This document shows positions 26,887 through 39,123 of a DNA stretch of 64,000 nt, piece by piece. A program made the translations under genes and the position numbers. The stretch comes from Callorhinchus milii (Eukaryota): positions 101,248,001 through 101,312,000 of the forward strand of contig NW_024704743.1 in assembly GCF_018977255.1 (NCBI RefSeq), read 5' to 3'. Numbering within the stretch: the stretch's first letter is position 1; every line of letters starts with the position of its first letter. The notes under the pieces were generated by a model. The model did no database searches, had not been told where the DNA came from, and saw only the letters and a program-made list of their open reading frames with translations.

Positions 26887-27240
26887 ATTTTATAAATGCA
26901 TTAAAATAACATTTTATAAACTCACCCATGTTGCAGAATTTTTGTTATTTTTGAATTCAAAAACTCATCAGAATAAAGGATAGAATGTGCATCCCTTCTG
27001 GTCAAGGTCTATGTTTTGGGTATTAAGCCATTATGTTCAGCATATCATCCCTGCCCTCACATTGCATACTTCACAAAGTAAAAAAAAACACTTATTTTGT
27101 ACACATTGTATGACTCTGAAGATGTGAGGGGACCTTGCTGAAGTACATACTCCCTATGACTGTGAAGTACAGTACTCATTAAAATGTGATTTGAACTTGA
27201 CCTCAACTGGAAAAGGATTGAGGTGTAATGGGAATTTTAA

Positions 27241-27459
<219 letters not shown>

Positions 27460-27584
27460 TAGAGTGCATTTCTTTGTTTATTAACTCCTTTCAGAACACT
27501 GCTCATACTTTTTAATCTATTTTGACCAATTAGGTGTGTACGAACAATTCACCCTTCAAGGGAGACTGACTATTGGTGCTTGTC

Positions 27585-28198
27585 TGTAATCTAGAGCTAA
27601 TTTTCTTCAGTTGAACGTCAACAAGATTGAAGCTCTCCTGAATGACTCCCGTCAGCGCCTCCACACTTCACCATCCATAGATGCACACTCTAGCTTATTA
27701 AACCAGTCCGGAACCTTGACGTCTTGTTTGACCCTCAGCTATCCTTTCTACCACACATCTGTGCCATGATCTGCTCTGCCTTCCCCCACCTCTGCAACAC
27801 CGCCCGCCTCCGCCACTGTCTCACGCCGCAGGCCCCCGAAACCCTCATACACACATTCATACCTGAAGGCTTGACTATGCAAACTTCTTGCTTGTTGGCC
27901 TCCCCAACTCCTCCCTCTATAGACTGCAGATCATCCAGAACTCTGCAGCCCATGTCCTCTCTCCTGCACCAAGCTCCATGACCCTATCACCCCCATCCTC
28001 GTCCGACTCCACTTGCTTCCCATCACACAGAGGATACAGTTCAAGATCCTGGTCCTGCTTTCAAAGCTCTCCATGGTCTTGTTCCCCCCCCCCACATCTG
28101 CGACCTCCTAACACCCTACCACCCTGCTCACTCCCTCTGCCTTGAGACGTCCTCCCGATGTGAAAAGCACTAAACAAATGTAATTTTGTTGTTGTTGT
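27585..28198 (+). mobile_element. L2 3' fragment
   Basis: FDPQLSFLPHI...[10 protein letters not shown]; (TTG)n tail. Confidence 0.9.
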
Positions 28199-28676
28199 AT
28201 TCAGCTTCTGGGAGGCACACCAGAGTACCTCAGAGATAAGGTTGCATGAATGTTTGTGATTATATAAAATTATGTTGCTTGCTTTTTCTCGTGATGTGGG
28301 TACTAAACAGTGGAGAATATGGATGCAAATATTTGCTTTGGTGCACCAATCTGCTGCACAGAATGATTTTGTATGTCTTTAACGTCACCTAGGTTGAGTA
28401 CATTTTCTAAAACCTCATTGTGTGCAATTATAAAACTGTTCACATCACAGAATGTGTTGTACTGTCCATAAGACAATAAATAACACACAAATGAGCTTTT
28501 AATCCCTTTTTTTGGGTGTTTCCGATCTAAGCAGATGTTAATTAATAAATCTTGCTGTACTTTTTTCACTCTGATTATCTTATAGTAAAATATGCTTATT
28601 CAGAAAAATTGAAATTGCCAGTTACATCTTAAATTCCAAACTAAAATAAACCAATGTACCATTTGATTACCTGCAG

Positions 28677-28755
28677 ATTGAGGAATGTGTGGTATGTTCT
28701 GATAAGAAGGCAGCAGTACTTTTTCAGACTTGTGGTCACATGTGCGCCTGTGAGA
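28677..28755 (+). CDS. MIB1: MIB1 exon (exon 18 equivalent), RING finger 2 N-terminal half
   Basis: ctgcag|ATT GAG...GAG A|gtgagt; [26 protein letters not shown](N); 79 nt. Confidence 0.96.
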
Positions 28756-28939
28756 GTGAGTATATCTGTTTAATCTACAAATGTAAAATGGGATCAAGGA
28801 CTTTGAGTCCACAAGATAGTCACATTACTTTACAGAATATTCTGTGAAAAGCTTTGAGACTTCTCGACAATATGATAAACTGCTATATCAAATGCAAGGA
28901 TTAATTTTTTTATAATTATTAAGATTAGACTGACATTTT

Positions 28940-29262
28940 AATACACTGCTGGGGGAGTGTCTCATTGTTAAAAGGTGATGGCCTTCAGATCAGATGTTAA
29001 GCCAACGTCGCAGCTGAGGCCTGGTCAGTTCAGCAAAATAAAATCCCATATAAAGAAAAGGCAGTTTCTCCTGTTGTCCTGGTCAACAATCCCCCCAATA
29101 AAATTGGTCATTCACTTCATGGCTGTTTATGGGACATTGCTGTGTGCAAATTCGCTACAGGCTATGCCTACGAAATGTACAGTGACTACACTTTATAGTA
29201 AATCCTGAGACCTGCTTTGAGACCTGATATGAAAGGTACTATATCAAATATAAGGATGATTA
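28940..29262 (+). mobile_element. Older Deu-domain SINE (SacSINE1/AmnSINE1-like)
   Basis: gtttctcctgttgtcctggtcaacaat...ggctgtttatgggacattgctgtgtgcaaatt; relatives at 46900-47220, 60215-60425, 61540-61700 (+) and 52060-52250 (-). Confidence 0.7.
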
Positions 29263-29489
29263 TTTCTATTACTTATCTGTCCTTTGCAGGCCAAACTCTC
29301 CTGAGTTTACACCCAGGTTTTGGCCTGCTTCCCCTCTCCAATTGGGCTATTTAATTATGCAGCTGCCTTTTCATGGTTCAGTTTGTCTCTTGTACCGAAG
29401 AGTGTTCTTATTGATTTGCCAACCTAGTGGGTTTGCCATTATCCAGGATAGTCCTTTCCCTAGGATTCCATCAGGCAAGCTCACCCTGC

Positions 29490-32400
29490 CACATATGGTT
29501 CAGAAATGGTCCAGAAAAGAGGGCTTCGAGTTTCTGGATAATTGGGACCATTTCTGGGGCAGGTGGGACCTGTACCATATGGATGGGTTGCACCTAAACA
29601 GGGCTGGGGCGAATGTACTTGCAGACAGGCTATCTAATGCTGTTGGGGAGGGTTTAAACTAGTTTTGAGGGGGGAAGGGAATGCAAAAAATAAAGAGCTA
29701 GAAAATGGAGAAATAAAACGGGTAAGTGCAGAACAGGTCAAGTCGGTATTGCAGTGCATGTGCCTAAATGCACGGAGTTTAGCAAACAAGATTGGTGAGC
29801 TGCAGGCTCAAGTGGTCATAGGGGAATACGATGCAGTAGCAGTAACAGACTTGGCTCAAGCAAGGACAGGAACGGGATCTGAATATTCCTAGCTACAATG
29901 TATTCAGGAGAGATAGGGAAGGAAAAAAAGGAGGGGGTGTGGCAATGTTAGTCAAAGATACGGTTATAGCCGTGGAAAGGGTCGAGGTGCTGGAGGGCCG
30001 CAAAACGGAATCTATCTGGTTAGAGTTGAGGAACAAAAAAGGAGCTGTTACGCTGGTAGGGGTATACTATAGACCACCAAATAGTGGGAAGGAAATAGAT
30101 GAGCAGATCTGCAAGCAGATCTCAGACAGATGCAAGGCCAATAGAGTTGTGATAATGGGGAACTTTAATTATGCCAACATAGACTGGCAAAACAACAGCG
30201 CAAAGGGCAAGGAGGGGGAAATATTCCTAAAATGCATATAGGACAACTTTCTTGATCAGTATGTTTCCAGCCCAACAAGGAAAGAAGCAGTGCTAGATCT
30301 AGTTCTGGGGAATGAAGTAGGACAAGTGGAGCAGGTTTAAGTGGGAGAGCATCTGGGTAATAGTGATCATAACATCATTAGATTCAAATTGCATATGGAA
30401 AGAGACAAGGAACCATCAAAGGTAAAAATATTCAACTGGAAGAGGGCAAATTTCAGTGTGTTAAAAAGCGACCTAGCCAAGGTGGACTGGAAAGAAAGAT
30501 TAGCGGGTAAAACAACTAAAGAGCAGTGGGAAGTCTTCAAGGATGAGATAGCTCGGGGACAAAATAAATACATTCCCGCAAAACGGAAAAGTAGAGCTTC
30601 TAAACCTCCGTGGATGACGAAGGTAATTGTATCTAAAATGAAGCAGAAAAAGGAGGCGTATGACAAATGTCAAACCCAAGATACAGAAGACAACCAAATC
30701 GAATAGAGGAAGTGCAGAAGAGGTTTGAAAAAGGAAATAAGTGGGACAAAAAGATTATACGAAAAAAGGTTAGCAGGTAACATTAAAGGGAATTCTAAAG
30801 TATTTTACAAACATATCAAGGAAAAAAGGCTAGTCAAAGGTAGGGTGGGCCAATTAAAGATCAAGGGGGAAATCTTATTGTGGAGGCAGAGGGCATGGCT
30901 GATGTGCTGAATGAGTACTTTGCATCTGTCTTCACAAAAGAAATGGATGCACCAAATGCCTCAGTATCGGAGGAGAGGGTAGAGGAAATGGATAGGATAA
31001 GTATAAACAAAGAGGAAGTACTGAAAAGGTTGACTGCGCTGAAGGTAGATAAGTCGCCCAGTCCGGACGGGATGCAACCAAGGTTATTATGGGAGGCACG
31101 GGTACAAATAGCGGAGGCTTTGGCTACAATTTTTCAATCTTCGTTGGACACAGGAGTGGTGCCAGACCACTGGAGAGTGGCCATTCTGACTCCCCTGTAC
31201 AAAAAGGGACAGAATGACAAACCTGGGAACTACAGGCCAGTCAGCCTAACATCAGTAGTGGGGAAACTCCTGGAGACTATAATCCAGGACAGAATAAATG
31301 TTCACTTAGAAGAATATGGGTAATTAGGGACAGCCAGCACGGATTTGTTAAAGGCAAATCTTGTCTAACAAATCTAATAGAATTTTTCGATGAGGCAACG
31401 GAGAGAGTGGATAAAGGTAGTGCAGTTGATGTAGTTTATATGGACTTTCAAAAGGCATTTGACCAAGTGCCACATGAAAGACTTGTAAGAAAGATAGAAG
31501 CCCATGGTATAAAAGGCACAGTGGCAGCATGGATCCAGAACTGGCTGGGAGACAGAAAGCAGAGAGTTGTGGTGAACTGCTGCTTTTCTGACTGGAGGTA
31601 AGTGTACAGTGGCATCCCCCAGGGATCGGTATTAGGACCACTTGCTCTTCTTAATATACATAAATGATCTGGACTTGGGTATAGAAAGCACCATTTCCAA
31701 GTTTGCCATGGAGTCCTGTAGCTCAGTGGTCAGAGCACTCGCTTTGCAAGTGAGAGACCTGAGTTCAATTCCAGACAGGGCGAAACCTTGGGCAAGTTTC
31801 CTTACTCCATATGCCTAATAATAATCCCTCCAAAACAAAACAATAATAAATTGGTCATTTTCAATCCAGGACTGTTTGTGGGACATTGCTGTGCGCAATT
31901 GGCTGCCGCGATCGCCCACACATATACAGTCAATTCACTTTACAGTGTGTTCTGTGAAGCGCTTTGGGACGTCCTCCGACGTGAAAAGTGCTATATCAAA
32001 TGCAAGGATTAGTATTATAAGGATTATTATAACAAAAGTTAGGTAGGGTGGTAAACAGTGAGAAGGATAGTAGCCAACTGCAGGAAGACATAGACAGAAT
32101 GGTAAAATGGGCAGACACATTGCAGATGAGTTTCAATATAGAGAAATATGAAGTAATGCATTTTGGTAGAAAGAATGAGGGGGGGCAATATAGACTGGTA
32201 ATACAATCTTAAGGGGGGTAAAAGAACAGAGAGACCAGGGGGTGCAGGTAAATGAATCCTTGAAGATGGCAGGTCAGGTGGATAAGGCTGTAAAAAGGGC
32301 AAATGGGATTCTAGGCTTTATAAATAGGGGCATAGAGTACAAGAGTCAGGAGGTTATGATTAACCTATATAAAACACTGGTTAGGCCTCAGTTAGAATAC

Positions 32401-32940
32401 TGTGCCCAGTTCTGGGCACCGCACTATAGGAAGGATGTAAAGACATTGGAAAGGGTGCAGAGGAGATTTACGAGGATGGTACCAGGAATGAGGGACCTTG
32501 ATTATGAGGAAAGGCTAGAGAGGCTGGGATTATTCTCATTGGAGCAGAGAAGGTTACAAGGAGACCTAATAGAGGTCTTCAAAATCATGAGGGGATTTGA
32601 TAGGTTAGAAAGGGAAGAGCTGTTTCCACTGGTGGGTGTGTCGGTGACTCGAGGTTACAGATTCAAAATAGTATCTAAAGGAAGCAGAGGGGAGGTGAGA
32701 AGAAATTTTTTCACACAGCGAGTTGTTCGAACCTGGAACGCATTGCCTGAAAGGGTGATTGAGGCCGATTCGATAACTACTTTTAAAAACGCGGTGGACG
32801 GGTATTTGAGGAGGACGGGTTTGCAGGGTTATGGGGAAAGGGCTGGGGAGTGGGATTGACATTAATTGCTTTATTCAAAGAGCCGGCACAGACTCGATGG
32901 GGTGAATGGCCTCTTTTTGTGCTATTCTATGATTCTATGA
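29490..32940 (+). mobile_element. CR1 LINE, ~3.4 kb: end of esterase-type ORF1, decayed ORF2 (APE endonuclease and RT), 3'UTR
   Basis: ORF1 end WDHFWGRWDLYHMDGLHLN; endonuclease CLNARSL, VGVYYRPP, MGNFN, LGNSDH; RT PGNYRPVSLTS, VYMDFQKAFD; tail (ATTCTATG)2; multiple stops. Confidence 0.96.
31710..32030 (+). mobile_element. Full-length short-form SINE inserted in the CR1 RT domain
   Basis: Complete head to (TTA)n tail; CR1 sequence resumes on both sides. Confidence 0.94.
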
Positions 32941-33456
32941 TATGCACATATGTAAACATGTATAGATGTAATTACAGGCATTATTAATTATATTTACACA
33001 TAGAAATTATTAATTCTGTAACCAAACATTGTTCCTGTTCCTTGGTTGGTTGATGTATAATTAAGGGCATCCGTAATTCCATCTGTGACATGTTTGCGCT
33101 TGGTTTACATGTGATTCATAATAAATCCAAATCTGTAAAAAAAAACTTACTAAAAGCATTTTGCATTTGTAAACTAAAAATTACTTTCTCTACCCCTTTA
33201 AACAAGTATATTATGGATAATGTTAGAACTGGTGAATCAAAACAAAAATGTAATTTTTCATAATTACCTTCAAAGCAAAATCTTTCAAAAGTTTTTTTTG
33301 ACATGAAGAATTTCAGCTGTTAAACATAGTTGTTTTAGTTGTTGAGGGTTAATGTATTGTTGTTTGTAAGTTTATTTGTTGTGTGTCAGCTGTTTACCAG
33401 GCCTCCAGTTTGTGTACTGTGTGATAGTCATGGCAGCTTCATCTTGCATCAGAAAT

Positions 33457-33650
33457 TATAATAATAATCCTTGCATTTGATATAGCGCTTTTCACGTCAG
33501 GAGGACGTCCCAAAGCGCTTCACAGAACACACTGTAAAGTGAATTGACTGTATATTTGTGGGCGAACGCGGCAGCCAATTGCGCACAGCAATGTCCCACA
33601 AACAGTCGTAGATTGAAAATGACCAATTTAATTATTGTTTAAATTATTGT
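33457..33650 (-). mobile_element. Young 5'-truncated SINE
   Basis: Tail with CTCCT loop; adjacent to the long-form copy. Confidence 0.9.
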
Positions 33651-33669
33651 TTATAAGTGAGTTGATAAT

Positions 33670-34049
33670 ATAATAATAATAATCCTTGCATTTGATATAG
33701 CGCCTTATCACGTCTTCTTGACATCTCAAAGCCCTTCACAGAATATACTGTAAAGTGAATTGACTATATTTTTGGGGTGAAACACAGCAGCCAACTGCAC
33801 AGCAGTGTCCCACAAACAGTCGTGGATTGAGTGACCAACTTATTGTTATTTTATTTTTTAATTTAAGGGATTAATACCTCATAAAAGCGATCCGCCGATT
33901 GACTTAAGAACTGGGTTCCTATTTACTGCTAAGTTTGCAGAGGCGTATGGAGTAAGGAAAGTTGCCCAGTATTTCGCCTTACCCCGGAATCAAACCCAAG
34001 TCCTCTCACTTGTGAGGCGAGTGCTCTAACCACTGAGCTACAGGACTCC
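33670..34049 (-). mobile_element. Full-length long-form SINE
   Basis: Reverse complement aligns with 22373-22738 including the central segment. Confidence 0.9.
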
Positions 34050-34371
34050 ATTTTGAAGACTGATGACAACTGTGATAGCACAGTGAGATCCCTTCAGCAT
34101 CTTCAATTTTTCATGATCTTACTTTTCAATCATCTTTGCTTCCCAAGCAATGTAATTGCAAAATCAGATTTCATTTGTCTCCCATGTTTTGGTAGGTTGG
34201 ATTGTCACATTGCTTGATATATTTCAGTGCAATTTCACAATCTTTCCCCTAAAACTAACCCCTGTACACCTCTGTTGAAGGATTATCCTTGTTTCAAATA
34301 AGTAAAATGTCGCTTGTGCTTTTCAAAGAAGGTGTACTTGCTTGAGTAGATCATCTTTTGAATATTCTCAG

Positions 34372-34485
34372 ATTGTGCAAGCTTAATGAAGAAGTGTGTA
34401 CAGTGCCGTGCTGTGGTGGAGCGAAGGGTGCCTTTCATCATGTGTTGTGGTGGAAAAGGTGTAGAAGATTCCACTGATGAACTAA
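34372..34485 (+). CDS. MIB1: MIB1 exon (exon 19 equivalent), RING finger 2 C-terminal half
   Basis: tctcag|AT TGT GCA...CTA A|gtgagt; (N)[37 protein letters not shown](S); 114 nt, phase 1/1. Confidence 0.96.
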
Positions 34486-35910
34486 GTGAGTGATTTCTTC
34501 TGAACTAACCTGATGTCATTTTTATCTATGAAATATGCCTTTATTTTTTGACTGCAAAACAAACCTCAATTTTCACTGAACTATTTTCCTCATATTTGGA
34601 ATCTTACATTGATGTGTACACAATGCAGAGACTTCCTTTTAAACGTTATCAAAATTTGAATTGGTGGAGAGTTGAATGCAATTTCTAATCGCATAAATCA
34701 AATCCTTTGTAATACCTTAAATGCAAGGCTGTGATTAGGTTTGCATATACTGTGTGAAAGGTTTCAAATATCATTCTTAATTAAAAATTTCAGTTTTACT
34801 GCAGATTGTATTGCACCACGACAGACTATCTCTCTGTATCGCACCTACTCCCAAACCCCTTCCACATCAAAACTTCATTCATTTCTTTCTGGAAACTGCT
34901 CAGATTATCTGCCTCCCTGAGCAGATTGTTCCATTTGTTAACCATCCACTGTGTAAACTGTATTCGTTCTTCCCATCTCAGCTTGATGCCAATGATCCCT
35001 TGTTGTGGACATCTTGACCATATTCAATAGAGTATCGTCTAGAACTTTTACGGTCCTGAAGACTTAAATATGATGACTGCTAAAATAGACTCTTCTCCAA
35101 TGAGATGAGCTTCTGAAATCTCACAGCTCAGTTGCCCCTTCATGTATTAATTAAAAAATAAATAATAATGCTTGCATTTGATATTAGTCTTTTGTGTCAG
35201 GAGGACATTTCAGAGCACTTCACATGGTACACTGTAAGTGGAGTGACTTTGCATTTTGTGGATGAACTTTTGTTTTCTGTATCTGTGATTTTGTTTGATT
35301 GTTGTACACTGTTGTAAGTAATTGCACTTGTGATCAGCATTGAAATGTATTCTAGATCTGCTGGTGAGTTAGTTAGTAAAGGTAACAAAGAATTAATGAG
35401 CAGCTTTCAAAGTCTGTTGACAAAAGATTGGTGCAGTACTCCTTTATGACCACACAATGTCACTAATGCTTTAGAAATACTGGAGCGCAACACGTAAATT
35501 GTGTCTGTGCTCTCTTTTGGCACAAGTTTAGTTGTCAAGAACTGACCAACTTAACAACGTGTATTTGCAGCACGGGCGTAAAACAAATCATGTGTAAATT
35601 GGTAAATATATTCATGGGAACCCTGTTATAGTGCTTGTTACTCTGTACTAACCAAAAGCACCCGCGCAGTCCATGATGTTAGGTTCCTGCTGTGGTCATA
35701 TCTTGCACACTATGGGTAGAAAATGCCACCAATGTCACTTTGCGAAGAAAGTGACATCAATGGCACCTCTGGCACTGAAAGTGATATTAGTGGGGCCCTC
35801 TGTGCTCAGCTTGCAACCAGCAGGAACCCATGCCAGTGGTGACCTGACAATCTGGAGGTCGGCCTTTTTCCATGCCTCGTTTGTACCATGGTCGCTAAGA
35901 CGTCGGACTG

Positions 35911-36119
35911 ATAATAATAATCCCTCCAAAACAAAAAACAATAATAAATTGGTCATTTTCAATCCACGATTGTTGTGGGACACTGCTGTGCGCAATTGGC
36001 TGCCACGTTTCGCCCACAAATATACAGTCAATTCACTTTACATTATATTCTGTGAAGCACTTTGAGACGTCGAGAAGACTTGAAAAGTGCTATATCAAAT
36101 GCACGGATTATTATTATTA
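35911..36119 (+). mobile_element. 5'-truncated short-form SINE
   Basis: High identity to 31817-32030. Confidence 0.9.
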
Positions 36120-36512
36120 CCGAGGCTTTGCTGTACTCTTGAAGATTTTGCTGTAAGTTTAGTAACATTATAACCAGGACTGCAATTATTTCTTGCTCCC
36201 AAATAGTGGTTTCCCTACCCACCTCAGACTAAATCAGTTGCCCTCACTTGGCTTCATCCTAAGTACCTACATTTTTTGTCCAATTTAACTTGAGCAGTAT
36301 TGTTGCTACAAATCCTTTTTTCTAGAAAGCAATGATAAAGCTACATTTTAATGTTTTTTGAAGGATTGGATAAATTATTACTTTTTTGTAGAAAATCTCT
36401 TTTTCTAGTTTTTCTTGTACAATAGAGAGCAGATTATTGGCACGTATTGGGACTGGCCCCGTTATGGAAAAACAAACCATGTAGATAATTGGTCATTGTA
36501 CAAAATACAAAT

Positions 36513-36829
36513 TATAATAATAATAATCCTTGCATTTGATATAGCGCTTTTGACATCTTCTAGGCGTCTCAAAGCGCTTCACAGAATATACTGTAAAGTG
36601 AATTGACTGTATATTTGTTGGCGAACACGGCAGCCAATTGCGCACAGCAATGTCCCACAAACAATCGTAGATTGAAAATGACCAATTTAATTATTGTTTT
36701 TTGTTTTGGAGGGATTATTATTAGGCGTGTGGAGTAAGGAAACTTGCCCAAGGTTTCGCCCTGCCTGGAATTGAACTCAGGTCTCTCGCTTGCAAAGCGA
36801 GTGCTCTAACCATTGAGCTACAGGACTCC
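36513..36829 (-). mobile_element. Full-length short-form SINE
   Basis: Anticodon arm CTCGC-TTTGCAA-GCGAG (TGC, Ala); possible AAATT target duplication. Confidence 0.94.
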
Positions 36830-36893
36830 AAATTGACCGCGGTTGGAAATTAATCAAGAAACTGAGTTCTTGAGCAGTTCATTTGCATTGCAG

Positions 36894-36994
36894 GTAGTGG
36901 AAACATTACACCTTTTCAGCGAGATAAAGACAATACCAACGTTAATGCAGATGTGCAGAAGCTCCAGCAGCAGTTGCAGGACATCAAGGAACAG
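36894..36994 (+). CDS. MIB1: MIB1 exon (exon 20 equivalent), coiled-coil linker
   Basis: ttgcag|GT AGT GGA...GAA CAG|gtaaag; (S)[33 protein letters not shown]; 101 nt. Confidence 0.95.
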
Positions 36995-37679
36995 GTAAAG
37001 TGTCACTTAACATGGAATAATGGCATTTGGGGATTAATTACTCTAACCACTTAAGAAAATCAAATGCTTAAGGGGGGAGTGGTAAAAGGTAAGGAGAAAA
37101 GATCATGTTTGTGTGTGTGTGTGCTCTGATTTAACATGTAGGCTTTTATTTTACTTCAATGGAAATGTCATATCAATAACACATGTACGACTAAGCCCTT
37201 GCCTCTTGAAAACTACTAGTTTAGAGTTTATATTGTGGTTGGACTTGTTCTTCCAATGTGGTTATTTTTTTTCTTCAATCCTGATTCTGGAAAAGCTACT
37301 TTTAATGAGTGACAATACAGTGTATTGACCAGAATTATTTTCCTGATCATTTTTTGTTTTTTTAGTGGTCATTAAGAGGAGCAATGCACCTTATAAGGGT
37401 CTCATTATCCTCCTAATAATTTGGTCCATATCCTATAATGTGTGGAGAATATTGAGAATAAAGAAAGATTATCTGTTTTGTAATTTGCCTTCAATGTTTC
37501 AGTCCTTTCAGAGAGCACAGATCCGTTAAGAAAAGAATGAGAACTATATTGGGTTATACTTATAACCTCTTGAGAAAAGCCTAGTAACACTTTTCAGTAA
37601 TGAGTTTTGTCAAACTTACAAAAGAAGTGGTGCGTTGCACAATTGCTTGTAAACTCTCAACTTATTCCATAGTATAAGA

Positions 37680-37950
37680 CAGCATAGTCCAACTGGTGGC
37701 CACAGGTCGCATCCGGCCCGATGCGTGATTTTATACGGCTCAAGACCATTTCCAACATTTCAACGTTCCTTCCCTCCTGGTGAACATTCTCCCAGTGCAG
37801 CACTAGGAGCCGGTAGTTGGGAGGATGCAGCGTGGAGAGTGAAATTAATGCTGGCTGTTGCTGCAGTCTGCACCTGAGTTGAGGGGAAGGGAAGAGCGTC
37901 TCCTTATCCGCCGCATCCTTGGCAATCATTGACTCCTGCTGCTGCATATA
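37680..37950 (+). mobile_element. Possible hAT-type non-autonomous transposon left end
   Basis: cagcatagtccaactggtggccacaggtcgcatccggcccg resembles hAT/Charlie-type termini; no right TIR found. Confidence 0.4.
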
Positions 37951-38400
37951 GTGGGAGAGAGGGAGAAGGGGGAGAGAAGGATTGAGTGAAAGAGAGACTG
38001 AGAGGAATTGAACAAGAGGGATTGAGCAAGTAGGGGGAGAGGGGGGAGAGAGAGTGAGCAGAGAGATGAGAGAGTAATTGAGAGATAGGGGGAGAGAAAG
38101 TGATTGACAGAAAGGAGGAGACAGAGTGATTGAGAGAGAGTGAGAGGGGGACAAAGTGTGTGTGTGCAAGATTGAGATGAGAAAGGGAGAGCGACAGAGA
38201 ATGTGAGGGAGAGCGAGAGAGAATGAGAGAGTGTGAGAGGGAATAGAAAGAGCGTGTGTGGCAGACAGTAACTGAGAGATGGAGCGTGCATGTATGAGAG
38301 AGCAGGGAGGAGAAAGTGATTAAGAGGGCGGAAGAGAGTGTTTGAGAGGGGTGAGAGGGTGTTTCGTATTTCACTGTCAGGACAATGGGGGGGAAGAGTG
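37950..38400. repeat. GA-rich low-complexity (polypurine) tract
   Basis: Degenerate (GA)n; explains the S/L-rich spurious minus-strand ORFs. Confidence 0.85.
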
Positions 38401-38479
38401 ACATGCCGTGCAGTTTCCTCTCAGCAAGCTCCCTGTTTCCCCAGTTAAAAAAAAACTTATGTTCTTCATCCCCCCCTGC

Positions 38480-38800
38480 CCACCCTACCTCTGTGACCTC
38501 CAGGCCCGGCCGTTCCATTGCAGAGTAAACACCAGCTTGCTTCATGTCCCCCCATCTCATCTGCCTACCATCGCCAATGCCCGTGCTCTCGAGTTTCAAT
38601 CCTGGAGTCCCTCCAACCTCGTTCCCCCTCTCCCCACTTTCAAGGCACGTCAAGACCTAAATCTTTGATCATGCTTTCGATCATCTTTTCCCATCCCCAT
38701 TTCTCCTCTCTTGGCTCCCACCCCCACCTCAGATGCCCAGCTGACAGTGTCAAACGCTTTGAGATGTCCTTCTAGATGAAAAAGATGCTGTGTAAATGTT
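38480..38800 (+). mobile_element. Old L2 3' fragment
   Basis: cctacctctgtgacctcc...aaacgctttgagatgtcc tail. Confidence 0.75.
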
Positions 38801-38907
38801 ATGTTTCTCGAAAAGAAACACAAAATATTGCTTATTCAGACCCCACTGGTATAAGGCAAGAAATGACATGCAGTGTAAAAGCAGTCTGAACAGTCGGTTA
38901 CGTTTAG

Positions 38908-39123
<216 letters not shown>

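Noticed and set aside
29490..32940. Possibly active CR1
   Set aside because: 5'-truncated, several stops and frameshifts, RT catalytic motif destroyed.
36760..36829. tRNA-Ala-like sequence
   Set aside because: No acceptor stem; it continues into the SINE body, so it is a SINE head and not a tRNA gene.
36894..36897. Alternative acceptor AG 4 nt downstream (cag|GTAG)
   Set aside because: It would shift the frame; the upstream CAG gives the conserved 101-nt exon.
37389..37398. Perfect CArG box CCTTATAAGG
   Set aside because: Isolated; several are expected by chance in 64 kb of AT-rich DNA.
37657..38653. Long minus-strand ORFs (170, 249 and 121 aa)
   Set aside because: S/L/P-rich products of the GA low-complexity tract and an L2 relic.
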